NCBI RefSeq assembly: GCF_006345805.1
Contig: NC_043003.1
Coordinates: 61,380,001-61,444,000, forward strand
Direction of reading: 5' to 3'
DNA: 64,000 bases
From: Octopus sinensis
Taxonomy: Eukaryota
A model generated the notes under the pieces. It did not search any database and was not told the origin of the DNA. It saw nothing but the letters and a program-made list of their open reading frames with translations. Shown here one piece after another: positions 52,719 to 64,000 of the stretch. Position 1 is the first letter of the stretch; the number at the start of each line of letters is the position of its first letter. Both the position numbers and the translations under genes were made by a program.

Positions 52719-53325
52719 TAAATATACAATATATACATATACATGTATATATATAAAGTCTATTTACCAACGCAACGTGGCAGTCATACGCAGGACAACG
52801 CTACTACTTTGTAGCCCCAGAAAGGCATCCTTTCAAGCTGGCTACCGACACATGGTCTGTGACCGTATACTGTGAGCAAGGGAGTCTACTGCTCCCTTTC
52901 TAGCCTTAGCGATACCTGTAGACCAATGGTTTTTGGGTAATTTCCCTTCGTCAGTACTGGACAACCACCGACTATAGCTAGCAGACACTCGCTCTTGCTT
53001 ACAGTATATACTTTTAAAGCGGCAGACAGTCGCTGATCTCGTAAAGAAGAAAACAACTAGTTTTAAATCTTTGAACGAGAAATATGTAGTAACAATACCG
53101 AACAGTAAAGTCTATTTGCTAACGCAACGTGGCAGTCCTACGCAGGACGATGTTACTGCTTTTTAGACCCATGAAAACATCTTTACCAGCTGGCTACCAG
53201 CACTTGACTTATGTCCGTTTACACATACATACATACATACATACATACATACATACATACATACATACGCGCACACACGCACGCACACATACACACACTC
53301 ACACACACACAAACACACACACACA

Positions 53326-53373
<48 letters not shown>

Positions 53374-53559
53374 AAACAACTAAGAATATAAAATTGTGAA
53401 GTCGTTGTAGCTGTTTAGCCACTTCGACCCTAAGCGAGCAGACCTTTGATCAAAGGTGATGCAGCAGTGACCACACCGCCATTTTTCAAACATCGGCTAC
53501 CCTAGACTATAACATTCAATCTGACCAATACTTTTAAAATGACAGGAGTTTAGTTTGAA

Positions 53560-54548
53560 AGGCGGTGAGCTGGCAGAATCGTTACCACGTCGGGCGAAAT
53601 GCTTAGCGGTATTTTATCTGCCGCTACGTTCTGAGTTCAAATTCCGCCGAACTCGACTTTGCCTTTCATCTTTTTGGGGTCGATTAAATAAGTACCAGTT
53701 ATGCACTGGGGTCGATATATACGACTTAATCCGTTTGTCTGTCCTTGTTTGTCCTATTTCGTCTGCCGCTACGTTCTAAGTTCAAATTCCGTCGAGGTCG
53801 ATTTTGCCTTTCATCCTTTCGGGGTCGATTAAATAAGTACCAGTTATGCACTGGGGTCGATATATACGACTTAATCCGTTTGTCTGTCCTTGTATGTCCT
53901 CTCTGTGTTTAGCCCCTTGTGGGTAGAAAAGAAATAGGTATTTCGTCTGCCGCTACATTCTGAGTTCAAATTCCGCCGAGGTCGACTTTGCCTTTCATCC
54001 TTTCGGGGTCGATAAATAAAGTACCAGTTACGCACTGGGGTCGATGTAATCGAATTAATCTCTTTGTCTGTCCTTGTTTGTCCCCTTTATGTTTAGCCCC
54101 TTGTGGGCAATAAAAAAAAAATTTTAATGAAAAATTTTTTAAATTAGAAGAAACGTTAGAACGCTGGGCGAAATGCTTAGCAGTATTTCGTCTGCCACTA
54201 CGTTCTGAGTTCAAATTCCGCCGAGGTCGATTTTGCCTTTCATCCTTTCGGGGTCGATTAAATAATTGCCAGTTACGCACTGGGGTCGATATATACGACT
54301 TAATCCGTTTGTCTGTCCTTGTTTGTCCCCTCTGTGTTTAGCCCCTTGTGGGTAGTAAAGAAAGAGGTATTTCGTCTGCTATTACATTCTGAATACAAAT
54401 TCCACCGAGATCGACTTTGCTTTTCACCCTTCGGGCCCGATAAATTAAGTACCATTTACGCACTGGGGTCGATGAAATCTACTTAATCCTTTGTCTGTCC
54501 TTGTTTGTCTCTTCTGTGTTTAGCCCCTTGTGTGCAATAAAGAAATAA
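53560..54548 (+). mobile_element. Five-unit family A SINE array bounded by one TSD
   Basis: Units start about 53560, 53755, 53938, 54149, 54367; GAGTTTAGTTTGAA at 53546-53559 and 54549-54562. Confidence 0.9.
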
Positions 54549-55034
54549 GAGTTTAGTTTGAAGGAGATGAGATTTAGTTTAATGTTTTAAGTAGGTCGAT
54601 CGACCACAAGGAGGCTCCCTCGTTAACTCATAAATTTCTCTACTGTTTGAAGTTGTGTTTGACGTCTTGCATCAGCCAATCACTATAGAGAAAGCCAGGT
54701 TTCTACAACGATGTTCATTAACATTGACATGTACCAGCGATGTTAATTTATAAGTTTAATTATCTATTTGCTTCAGATTGTTTTGGTGACGTAACTTCAA
54801 CAGAAATTGTTTCTATGGTTATATTTATAGAAATTTTAATATTATATTGCAAGAAGTTGGCTGCTGAATGTGAATATAGAATTCAACACTATCTTTCTTT
54901 TACTTGTTTCAATCATTAAACTGCGGCCATGATGGGGCACTGCCTCGAAAAATTCTTAGTCGAATGATTCCACCCCAAAACTCATTTTAAGCCAGGTACA
55001 CAGGCACAAATACACACACACACACATACTCTTT

Positions 55035-55392
55035 CACGCGTTTCAGTCATTTGATTGGGGCAATGCTGGAGCACCGCTCATAGTCGAACAAATAGACCCC
55101 AGGTCCTATTTTTTGTTAGCCTAGTACTTATTCTACCGACCTCTTTTGACGAACCGCTAAGTTTCAGTGACATAAACACGCCAACATCGGTCACCAACCG
55201 ATGGCAAGGTGACAAACAGACACATATACACACACGCATAGATATATATATACATCAACCAAATCCACTCGCAAGGCTTTTGCCGGCCCGAGGCTGTAAC
55301 AGAAGACACTTGCCTAAGGTGCCAAGCAGTGGGATTGAACGCGGAACCATGTGATTCGGAAGCAAGTTTCTTACCACACAGCCACGCCTACT

Positions 55393-55395
<3 letters not shown>
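55035..55395 (-). mobile_element. Family B SINE, diverged (further B fragments at about 54895-55000 and 55470-55665)
   Basis: Reverse complement of B consensus. Confidence 0.8.
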
Positions 55396-55449
<54 letters not shown>

Positions 55450-55667
55450 TATTCCATTGCACTTTTAATCTTTTACTTGTTTCAGTCATTTGAGTGCGGC
55501 CATGCTGGAGCACCGCCTTGACGTGTATACAACGGGGCTTTTTTCAATTTCCGTCAACCAAATCCACTCGCAAGGATTTGGTCGGCCCACGACTACAGTA
55601 CAAGACACTTGCCCAAGTTGCCACGCTGTGGAACTGAACCCGAGACCATGTGGTTGTGAAGAAAACT

Positions 55668-55767
55668 NNNNNNNNNNNNNNNNNNNNNNNNNNNNNNNNN
55701 NNNNNNNNNNNNNNNNNNNNNNNNNNNNNNNNNNNNNNNNNNNNNNNNNNNNNNNNNNNNNNNNNNN
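55668..55767. other. Assembly gap (100 N)
   Basis: Run of N. Confidence 1.
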
Positions 55768-56745
55768 GTGGCCATGCTGGGGCACCGCCATTTGGTGTTG
55801 CTACTGATTTTACTTCACGAATGCTTTTTTAGCAATTGCCATTTGGTGCATGAGAGAGTTCGATGCAGCTGCCCTCATCTGCACCTCCTGCCGTGAAGTT
55901 GTTCATCTGGGACACCTGACAGGAAGAGATCCAGTTTTATTTTAAAGACATCTGCATCCACCCCATGCAGGTCTCTCAGGTTCTTCGGGGATATTGAAGA
56001 GCTGTTGTCCTCTGAAGCCCAGGCTATCACAGTATCTTGTCCTACATCTTGATGCAAATTTGGAGTCCTTGGCACCATGCAGTGCGCCCAGTTCTAGCAT
56101 TTGTGTAACTCTCGATGCCAAAGTTTGGGACAAGTCCTTCTAGGATCTTCCAGATGTATATTATGGCATATCTTTCTCGCCTACGCTCTAAGGAATAGAG
56201 TCTTAATCTCTTGAGTCTTTCCCAGGAGCTTATATGCTGCACAGAGGCTATCTTCTTCGTGTAGCTTCGTTGGATCGCCTCAAGTTCTGTGATTAACTTG
56301 ACACTGGATGGTAATCATAGCTGAGAGCAATAGTCAAAGTGGCTTAGGACAAGTGTCCTCCAGAGGACCATCATGGTTTCCTGGTCTCTTGTTCTAAAGG
56401 TTCTAAGAATCCATCGGGTCAGCCGCCTACATTTTATTGCCAATTTAGCAACATGCACATGAAAGGTTGCATCATCACTCATGTAAATACCCAGGTCTCG
56501 CACTGATTGTGCCTCTGGGATTGCAATCCCTCCAGGTCCAGTGTATTTATTGGTTATTGCATTTAGTTTTGCATGCTGATAGCATAAAGCTTGAAACTTT
56601 TCAGCATTGAACTGCATGCTATTCTTTTCAGCCCACTTGTATATTTTGTCAAGCTCACATTGCAGGTGCTTAGTGTTTCAGGGTTCTGTATTGCCTGTGA
56701 AACTTTTGTATCATCTGCATAACTTGTGATCGTGGCTCTCTGCGT
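55768..56745 (-). pseudogene. CR1-clade LINE, 5'-truncated 3' portion
   Basis: [71 protein letters not shown] across frameshifts; 3' tail runs into the gap. Confidence 0.9.
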
Positions 56746-56998
56746 TATATATATATATGTATATATATATACACACATGTATGTATATATGTATGTATAT
56801 ACGTATATATATATGTATGCATATATGTATATATATATGTATGTATATATGAATATGTATATATATATGTATGTATATACATTAATATATATACATATAT
56901 GTATGTATATATCTATGTGTATGTATATATATATATGTATGTATATATGTATATATATATATGTATGTACACATATATATATATAATATATATATATG

Positions 56999-57031
<33 letters not shown>

Positions 57032-57117
57032 GTATTTATATATGTATATATATATATGTATGTATATATGTATGTATATATGTATAAATATATATAGGTA
57101 TCTCTCTCCTCTCTCTC

Positions 57118-57148
<31 letters not shown>

Positions 57149-57158
57149 ATATATATAG

Positions 57159-57189
<31 letters not shown>

Positions 57190-57198
57190 GTATATATG

Positions 57199-57234
<36 letters not shown>

Positions 57235-57248
57235 ATATATATATATAT

Positions 57249-57279
<31 letters not shown>

Positions 57280-57295
57280 CATACATATATATATA

Positions 57296-57725
57296 TGTGG
57301 TTGAGAACACTCGCATTGCAGCCCGTGATTACGGTTCTTGCACTTTGTGCAAGTGTCTTCTAGCATAGTCCTGGGCTGACCAATGCCTTGTTGAGTGAAT
57401 TTGGTAGAAGGAAACTGGACGGAAGCCAGTCGTATAAGTTTATGTCTTTGCGTTTGTATCTGTCCCTTGTTTGCTTGGCAACTGGTGTTGGCTCGTTTAC
57501 ATTCTCTACTGATTCGATAGACTACTACTTCGATAGATTTGTGATTAGATAGACTAGAGATTCGATAAACTAGTGATTCGATAGACTAGTGATTAGATAA
57601 ACTAGCGATTCGACAGACTACGTACAAAACGTTTTAAAAGAAAGCTAAATACTAAGGTCCATTTATTCAACTAAACCCTGAAGTTGGTGCCTCCACATCA
57701 CCACAGTCAAATGACTGAAACATAA
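57296..57725 (+). mobile_element. Family B SINE, degenerate, with internal 16-bp tandem expansion
   Basis: B head/middle/tail motifs; GTGATTCGATAGACTA-like units at 57509-57620. Confidence 0.7.
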
Positions 57726-58302
57726 AAGTGTGATTTGATGGAAATTTAGTTTCTATTTCTAGCACATCGAGTGACCACATTGACATTCCTTTTTATAAAC
57801 CCGTTACATTTTATATTGTAACTGTTATGATTTTCCTCCTATATTTGAGTTATACAAAATAATTTTTGTATTTTTTATTCAACTCTTTTAGATAAAGCTA
57901 CATGTTTTATTTATGTCGCAAATTCATTTTCCATTAAGTGACAGAATCGCAGAGTTCTTCATATTCGTGAAATCAAGGTAGTTCTCCATAGATACTCATT
58001 CTTAGAATTATTTTCAAGAACAACTTCAAAATCTGAAATGAGCGATGCTTTTACTACTTCAAAGCTGCCAGATTGATGTTCTTAAATATTCAAAAACTAC
58101 CAAGTTCTACATACATACAAACATACATACATACATACATACATACATACTACATACATACATACATACATACATACATACATACATACATACATACATA
58201 CGAACGTACGTACGTACGTACATACATACATGCATATATACGTACGTACATACATATGTATGTATATGTATACATGTATGTATTTATGTATGCATGCTTA
58301 TA

Positions 58303-58334
<32 letters not shown>

Positions 58335-58435
58335 GTACATAAATACATACGTACACGCACATACATGCATATGTATATGTATACATGTATATATATATAC
58401 ACACACAGATTCATATATATCATGCATGCATGCGT

Positions 58436-58492
<57 letters not shown>

Positions 58493-58527
58493 AGATAGAT
58501 ATGTACATTTATATATATATATATATA

Positions 58528-58570
<43 letters not shown>

Positions 58571-58583
58571 CATATATATATTG

Positions 58584-58614
<31 letters not shown>

Positions 58615-58736
58615 TATATTATATATATATATATATATATACACACACTCACACACACATGTATGTACATATGTATGTGTACATATGTATATGTATATAT
58701 AAATATAAAATGTAGATGTCCGACATTATGTATACA

Positions 58737-58795
<59 letters not shown>

Positions 58796-59559
58796 TGCGT
58801 GTGTGTGTGCGCGCGTGCGTGTGTATGTGTGTACATGTGTGTGTGCGGGTGGGGATTACAATGTGGATGTTCGTCGACATTTTCGTTTTCGGTTTCGAAA
58901 TGAATTCAAAACGTAAATTAAATGTAATTTTTACTTTATTTTCTCTTCAAATCTTTTAAGCATCGAAACACATTCCTCCGTCATAAATATAACATCGTTG
59001 CGACTGGAATAACTTTAAATTCGTTTCCTTGGGAACAAGCTTACGAAATTCGTTCGTACAGCAGCAATTCAACTGGGAAATGTTTCATAAATAATTGAAA
59101 CATCTCCAGCGCAATATCAAAATATCTCGTTAAAAATATTTCAATTCTTTTTTTTCATTCATTTTTGTTTCTTTATTTTCATTAATTTATTTAGTTATTT
59201 TCTTACTTATTATTGTTTGTAGCAGCGGGGGACATTCGTTACAAGAAGTAAGCTCCAGGCTTATTGAAGCCCAGCTGTGATGTAGCTTGGATTCTCTTAT
59301 TTATTTATTTATTTATTTATTTATTTTACATTGATCCCAATTTATAAAGTTAACATTCTTCAGTAACACATGAGCATCACCAACTCCTGTCTCCCGAAAG
59401 CAATCATTTTGTTTGTTTTTTTTTTTTTTTTTTTTCCAAACCACTCTTCTTCGGAAGTTCTCGAAATCAAACTAATCATAACAATTTGAATGCCGGTTTT
59501 AATCATTAATTCTTTGTAGGTAATTCACAGCACAAGTAGTCTCGTTTATCACGGATTCA

Positions 59560-60620
59560 TTCATTATTGATCCGAGATTACACATACACTCAATTGTGAA
59601 TCATGTTGCGCTTATTACGGATTGGTCTGTGAAAACACAGGTTCGCGATCAGCAGAGATACTGCTTCCTCACCGACCAACCACAATGCTCAATTACCCAG
59701 AATTCACCGACTGTTACTTGTGTTTACGTGACGAGTCCGCTTATTTTTTATACGGATTTACATATTTTTATTCATCAACCAATGAACAGAAAAATAAGTC
59801 ACCTGATTCTAACAAATGACCATGGCGAGAGTATTCTCTACAGGAAAAGGTAGAAGCAATCAATAAAGTACGTGACTGTGGAAGCTTTGCTGCTGGGATC
59901 CGCGAGTTTTGTGTCAATGATTTTACCATTCCTTCCATTTAGAAAGTGAGTGAAGATTCATTTTCACTGGTTCATTTATCTATTTTTTTACTTTTTGGAG
60001 CCCAGCTTCTGTGATAAATGAGAATAGATGTATTTGATAGGCTGCGCGTGAAGACAAGGATGAGTTTTGATATATCTTTATTAACCTGCAAAGTTTATAT
60101 CAACACGTGTACATATATTACATTTAATAGAACGTTCGTGAGATAACGAGTGCAATAGCTACGAATCTTCCATAATATAATGAGCTAAATAATTTTGTGA
60201 AAGTAGTTCATCCTTACTGAATACATAATATGTAGAAATAGTTAAAACTACTTCATGAAATGCGTGCATGACTCAACATTACAACTCGAAGTCGAACGTG
60301 ACATAAGTACGTTAAATAAATTTTTTTTAAGTGAAACAGGTAAGAGATAAATTCAATGTGTAAAAAGATATGGATCTATGTGGACTGTTGAGTGGCTCTT
60401 GTCTAACGTTGAATTTGCCAGATTTTTATAACTGTAAGCAAAAGTTTCCAGAACTTTCAGTCAAGCTATTTAACAGAAAAACTTCCACAGTGCATATGAA
60501 GCTCGCTTCATCAACCAAGTCGCCCGATGCTGATTGGTCGAACCATATTTCCGTATGCCTCAATGCCTTTAATGGCGGTATGGTAGGTCGTGTTCTTGTG
60601 CAGGGAAACTCTGAGAGCAA
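59560..60620 (+). promoter_or_regulatory. Possible promoter region (repeat-free, CpG-retaining, CCAAT boxes)
   Basis: GATTGG at ~59620 and 60532-60537, AATGGCGG at 60571, no SINEs, immediately before CpG-depleted DNA; inference only. Confidence 0.3.
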
Positions 60621-61148
60621 TGCTTCGTAACTCCACAGAAACCTCACAACACTCACACACGAAAACTCAGATCAATACCTATGCTCTAATCACACAAAAC
60701 TCCATCATACATCATTCATTACTCATTTGTCAAAATTCTAAAAACAAAAACAGAAAAAAACGCAACAATGCAGAACCCTCAACGCAATGACTCCACCGTC
60801 TAGAAATAGCAACACGATTCCATAAAATTACGTCCTACCGCTTTAAAAATTGAAGGACACATCAAATAACGTACTTCTAGATTTATAAAATGCAAGCGGG
60901 CCAAGGCGGCAAGCATGGAATCTGAGGAACATGTGCAGCCGAGAAAAGCTGACTACTGGTGCAGCAGATTCTCAGTTGCGGTATTGGCAGTAAAAGGACA
61001 GCGCTCAAACTGCACGCCTCACAATTCGAATTATCACAACCCCACAAGTACGTGTACACCATACTTACAACAAATAACCATATCCACAACAAAAACAATT
61101 TTTCACCCCACACGCACGTGCGCGCGCAATGGTCTTCTTTCAGTTTCT

Positions 61149-61373
61149 TATTTCTTTACTACCCACAAGGGGCTAAACACAGAGAGGACAAACAAGGACA
61201 GACAAACGGATTAAGTCGATTATATCGACCCCAGTGCGTAACTGGTACTTATTTAATCGACCCCGAAAGGATGAAAGGCAAAGTCGACCTTAGCGGAATT
61301 TGAACTCAGAGCGTAAAGACAGACGAAATACCGCTAAGCATTTCGCCCGGCGTGCTCATGATTCTACCAGCTC
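61149..61373 (-). mobile_element. Young family A SINE nested in a family B SINE
   Basis: 12-bp TSD CTTTCAGTTTCT at 61137-61148 and 61374-61385; B sequence continues to ~61510. Confidence 0.88.
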
Positions 61374-62549
61374 CTTTCAGTTTCTGTCTACCATATCAAC
61401 TTGCAAGGCCTTGATCGGCCTGAGGCTATAGTAGAAGACAGTTGTCCGAAGGCCACATAATGGAACCGAACCTGAAACCACGAAGCTGGAGAGCAAACTT
61501 CTTAGCCACATAATCATGCTTTAAAAATCACGTTTTAAAAACTGTTTCATCCACAATTCTATTTTGCAACAAAGGCAGTTAATTACCGTCAACTCGTTTT
61601 ATCAGGAACAGGTACGGGCCAACACTCAGTCACAGTTAACTCACCCTTTAAAAATTAGCAGAATTACACCATCCATCCTCTCTGCCCGTCATTCCTGGGA
61701 GGGTGATGGGAGCTGAGTCCTCAGGCACTTCGTCCTCATGGTCTTATCAGGAGCAACCTTCATTACCTTTTCCAGCTGAATTCCCAAGTGTGACCCGAGA
61801 CTCTGAGCATTATCCAACCATCTCATTCTTGGTTTTCTCCTACGTCTTCTGCCAATTGGCTCAGCTTGAAGAAACCATTTATGATTCTTTCTCGTGAGAT
61901 TCTAATCATATATCCATAGTGCTGGAGCTGTGACTTCTCAATACAGATAAGTGGCCACTCGACCTAGAGACCTCCATGCTACATACCCAGTTGAGTAACA
62001 TTTCTCCAGAGACCCTTCAGAGGAACCCCATATTGGCCACATGTACTCACGTTCATACTCTTTTGTTTATTACCTTTCAACATTCAAGGCCACAGGAGAG
62101 GTTAAGCACAAAAGTGAAATTAGATTCTGATCTTTTACTCTATTCACCTTTCTCACCTGGCATCTTGCCAATGGATTATTACCTTTTGCAGACACTTGAA
62201 ACTGATTATACATAATATAAGATTTGTGAATCAAGAAGCCATAGTTGAAACAGTTGAGCAGCTTGTAGTCTCAAATGACAGAGAGTTTCTTTCTTCAACA
62301 TCGTGTTGACAAAAGCAATTGAATAAAGATGAAGGATAAAATAAATCTGCTTAATCCCATTTATAATTTGTTTACTTTTTCTTTTAAAATAATAATACTT
62401 CATGCGATTCATACTTGTGTGTGTATGAGTGTGTGAAGATGACGAATTTTGTGATAATGTTAATGTCTACCGTCTACCCTAAGTACTTACTAATAGTATG
62501 TACCTGCTATATATATGTGCTTGTGTGTATATGTTTGAGTATGTGTCAT

Positions 62550-62790
62550 CATTCTCATCATTTAATGCCCACTTTTCTATACTTGCATGGGCCAGACAGA
62601 ATTTGTTTTGAGGCAGATTTTCTATGGCCAGATGCTCTTCTTGCCGCCATCTCTCACCTATATCCATGCAAGATCCTATTTTCCCATGACTAGACATATT
62701 CTCAGAGAAAACTGGAAACAAAGGGCACTACTTGTATAACAGTGAAACTCGTTTACAGCTATTACACACTGTCTGGGTAAGGAGACACAA
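62550..62790 (-). mobile_element. Meta-domain-like SINE relic
   Basis: rc TGGCGGCAAGAAGAGCATCTGGCCATAGAAAATCTGC resembles the MetaSINE core; same TTTAA.G.CC.C.TTTC tail as 63795. Confidence 0.55.
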
Positions 62791-63794
62791 TCATAAACAC
62801 ATGTGGTATAGTAGCTATAACATCTGCTTCGCACTCAGAAGGTTGTGAGTTCAAACTTTGCCAAAACTGTGTCTTTTGTGTAACCCATGTGAGCATGGAT
62901 GTTAAATGATGATGACTTTATATATATATGTGTGTGTGTGTGCGTATGGACAACGGACATTAAATGATGGTGATGATGGGCTTCTTTTAGTTTCCATTTT
63001 CCGTTCACAAGGCTTTAGTTATCCTGGGGTTGTAGAAATCACTTGCCTAAAGCTCCACACCGTGAGATTGAACATAAAACCATGTGGCTGGGGAGCAAAC
63101 TTCTTAGTATAATGTCATGCCTTCTTGTCACCAGCTCTTACCTCTATCCAAGCAAGATGTCAGTACTGGTTCCCTCTATGCTTTACATTAAGCAATAACT
63201 ACTTTCTACTCTGAAAGGAAAATGATTTTGCAGGTATGGCTGTGTGGTAAGAATTCTGCTTCCCAACCACATGGTTCTGAGTTCACTTCCACTGCATAGC
63301 ACTTTGGGGAAGTGCCTTTTACTATAGCCTCAGGCCAGCCACAGCCTTGTGAATGGATTTGGTAAACTGAAAGAAGATCATAAGAAAAAAAGAATCAGTG
63401 ACTTTCAGTCATCTACTATCAACATTCTTTCCTCTTGATGGGATCCAGTTCTGTGATAACAAATAGTGTCTTAAACATTTTCAAACCAGTGGAATCATCC
63501 TTCTCCAGGTCTCTGAATGCAGCTGGTCACATGAAGGAAGAAAGTAAGAAAGAGTGAAAGAAGAAAATCTACCCCTGGTAATTTACTAATCAACCACAAA
63601 AGTATAAAATGTAATTTGGACCATGGCAGGATTTAAACTCAGACACAAAGAAACTAAATGAATGCAACAAGGTACTAAAGCCAATGCTCTAACGACCATA
63701 TTAACATGACCATGCAATATCTTTTAGTATAAAGACCAAAGTTAAATGAAATGAAATGCAATCTGAGAAACACTACGTCCACCAAGCTGGACAT

Positions 63795-63985
63795 TATCTA
63801 ACATCCGTTTTCCATGCAGGCATGGGTTACATGGTTTGACAGAAGCTAGTAAGGCCAAGAGCCACACCAGATTCCATTGTCTGTTCTGGCATGGTTTCTG
63901 TGGCCGAATGCCTTCCCTAACATCAACCACTTTGTAGATTGTACTGGGTGCTCCTTATGTGACACCAGCACTGACAAAATTTAAA
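63795..63985 (-). mobile_element. Meta-domain-like SINE 3' part
   Basis: rc GGTTGATGTTAGGGAAGGCATTCGGCCACAGAAACCATGCC resembles GGCGTTAGGAAGGGCATCCGGCCGTAAAA; CpG-decayed. Confidence 0.6.
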
Positions 63986-64000
63986 TGCTTTTCGCCACAG

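Noticed and set aside
60915-61303. ORFs 60915..61214 and 60959..61303 as first coding exon
   Set aside because: They run into CA repeats and a SINE, with no recognisable domain.

Overview
AT-rich, microsatellite-dense eukaryotic DNA, almost certainly non-coding (intergenic/intronic). The SINE repertoire and repeat load point to an octopus/cephalopod genome (inference). No intact host protein-coding gene can be supported; nearly all listed ORFs are microsatellite or SINE artefacts. The window holds at least five tRNA-derived SINE families (labelled here A = Nin-domain, B = CR1-tailed, C, D, plus Meta-domain relics), decayed LINEs (R4/Dong x2, RTE x2, CR1), DNA transposons (full-length degenerate Tc1 DD34E, deleted mariner, MITEs, a Helitron-like element) and a young 2.68-kb non-coding LTR element with a perfect tRNA-Trp primer-binding site. 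Most notable: (i) several short foldback elements inserted in (TA)n tracts, most with hammerhead-ribozyme (HHR) cores or relics, resembling Penelope-like terminal repeats; (ii) a tRNA-headed element fused to an HHR-bearing tail with an inverted 5' duplication, a candidate Penelope-mobilised 'ribozyme SINE'; (iii) a five-unit SINE array bounded by a single 14-bp TSD; (iv) a CR1 LINE sharing its 3' tail with SINE family B; (v) a sharp CpG drop near 61.4 kb suggesting a promoter/gene-body boundary. All calls are by-eye; family names need database confirmation.
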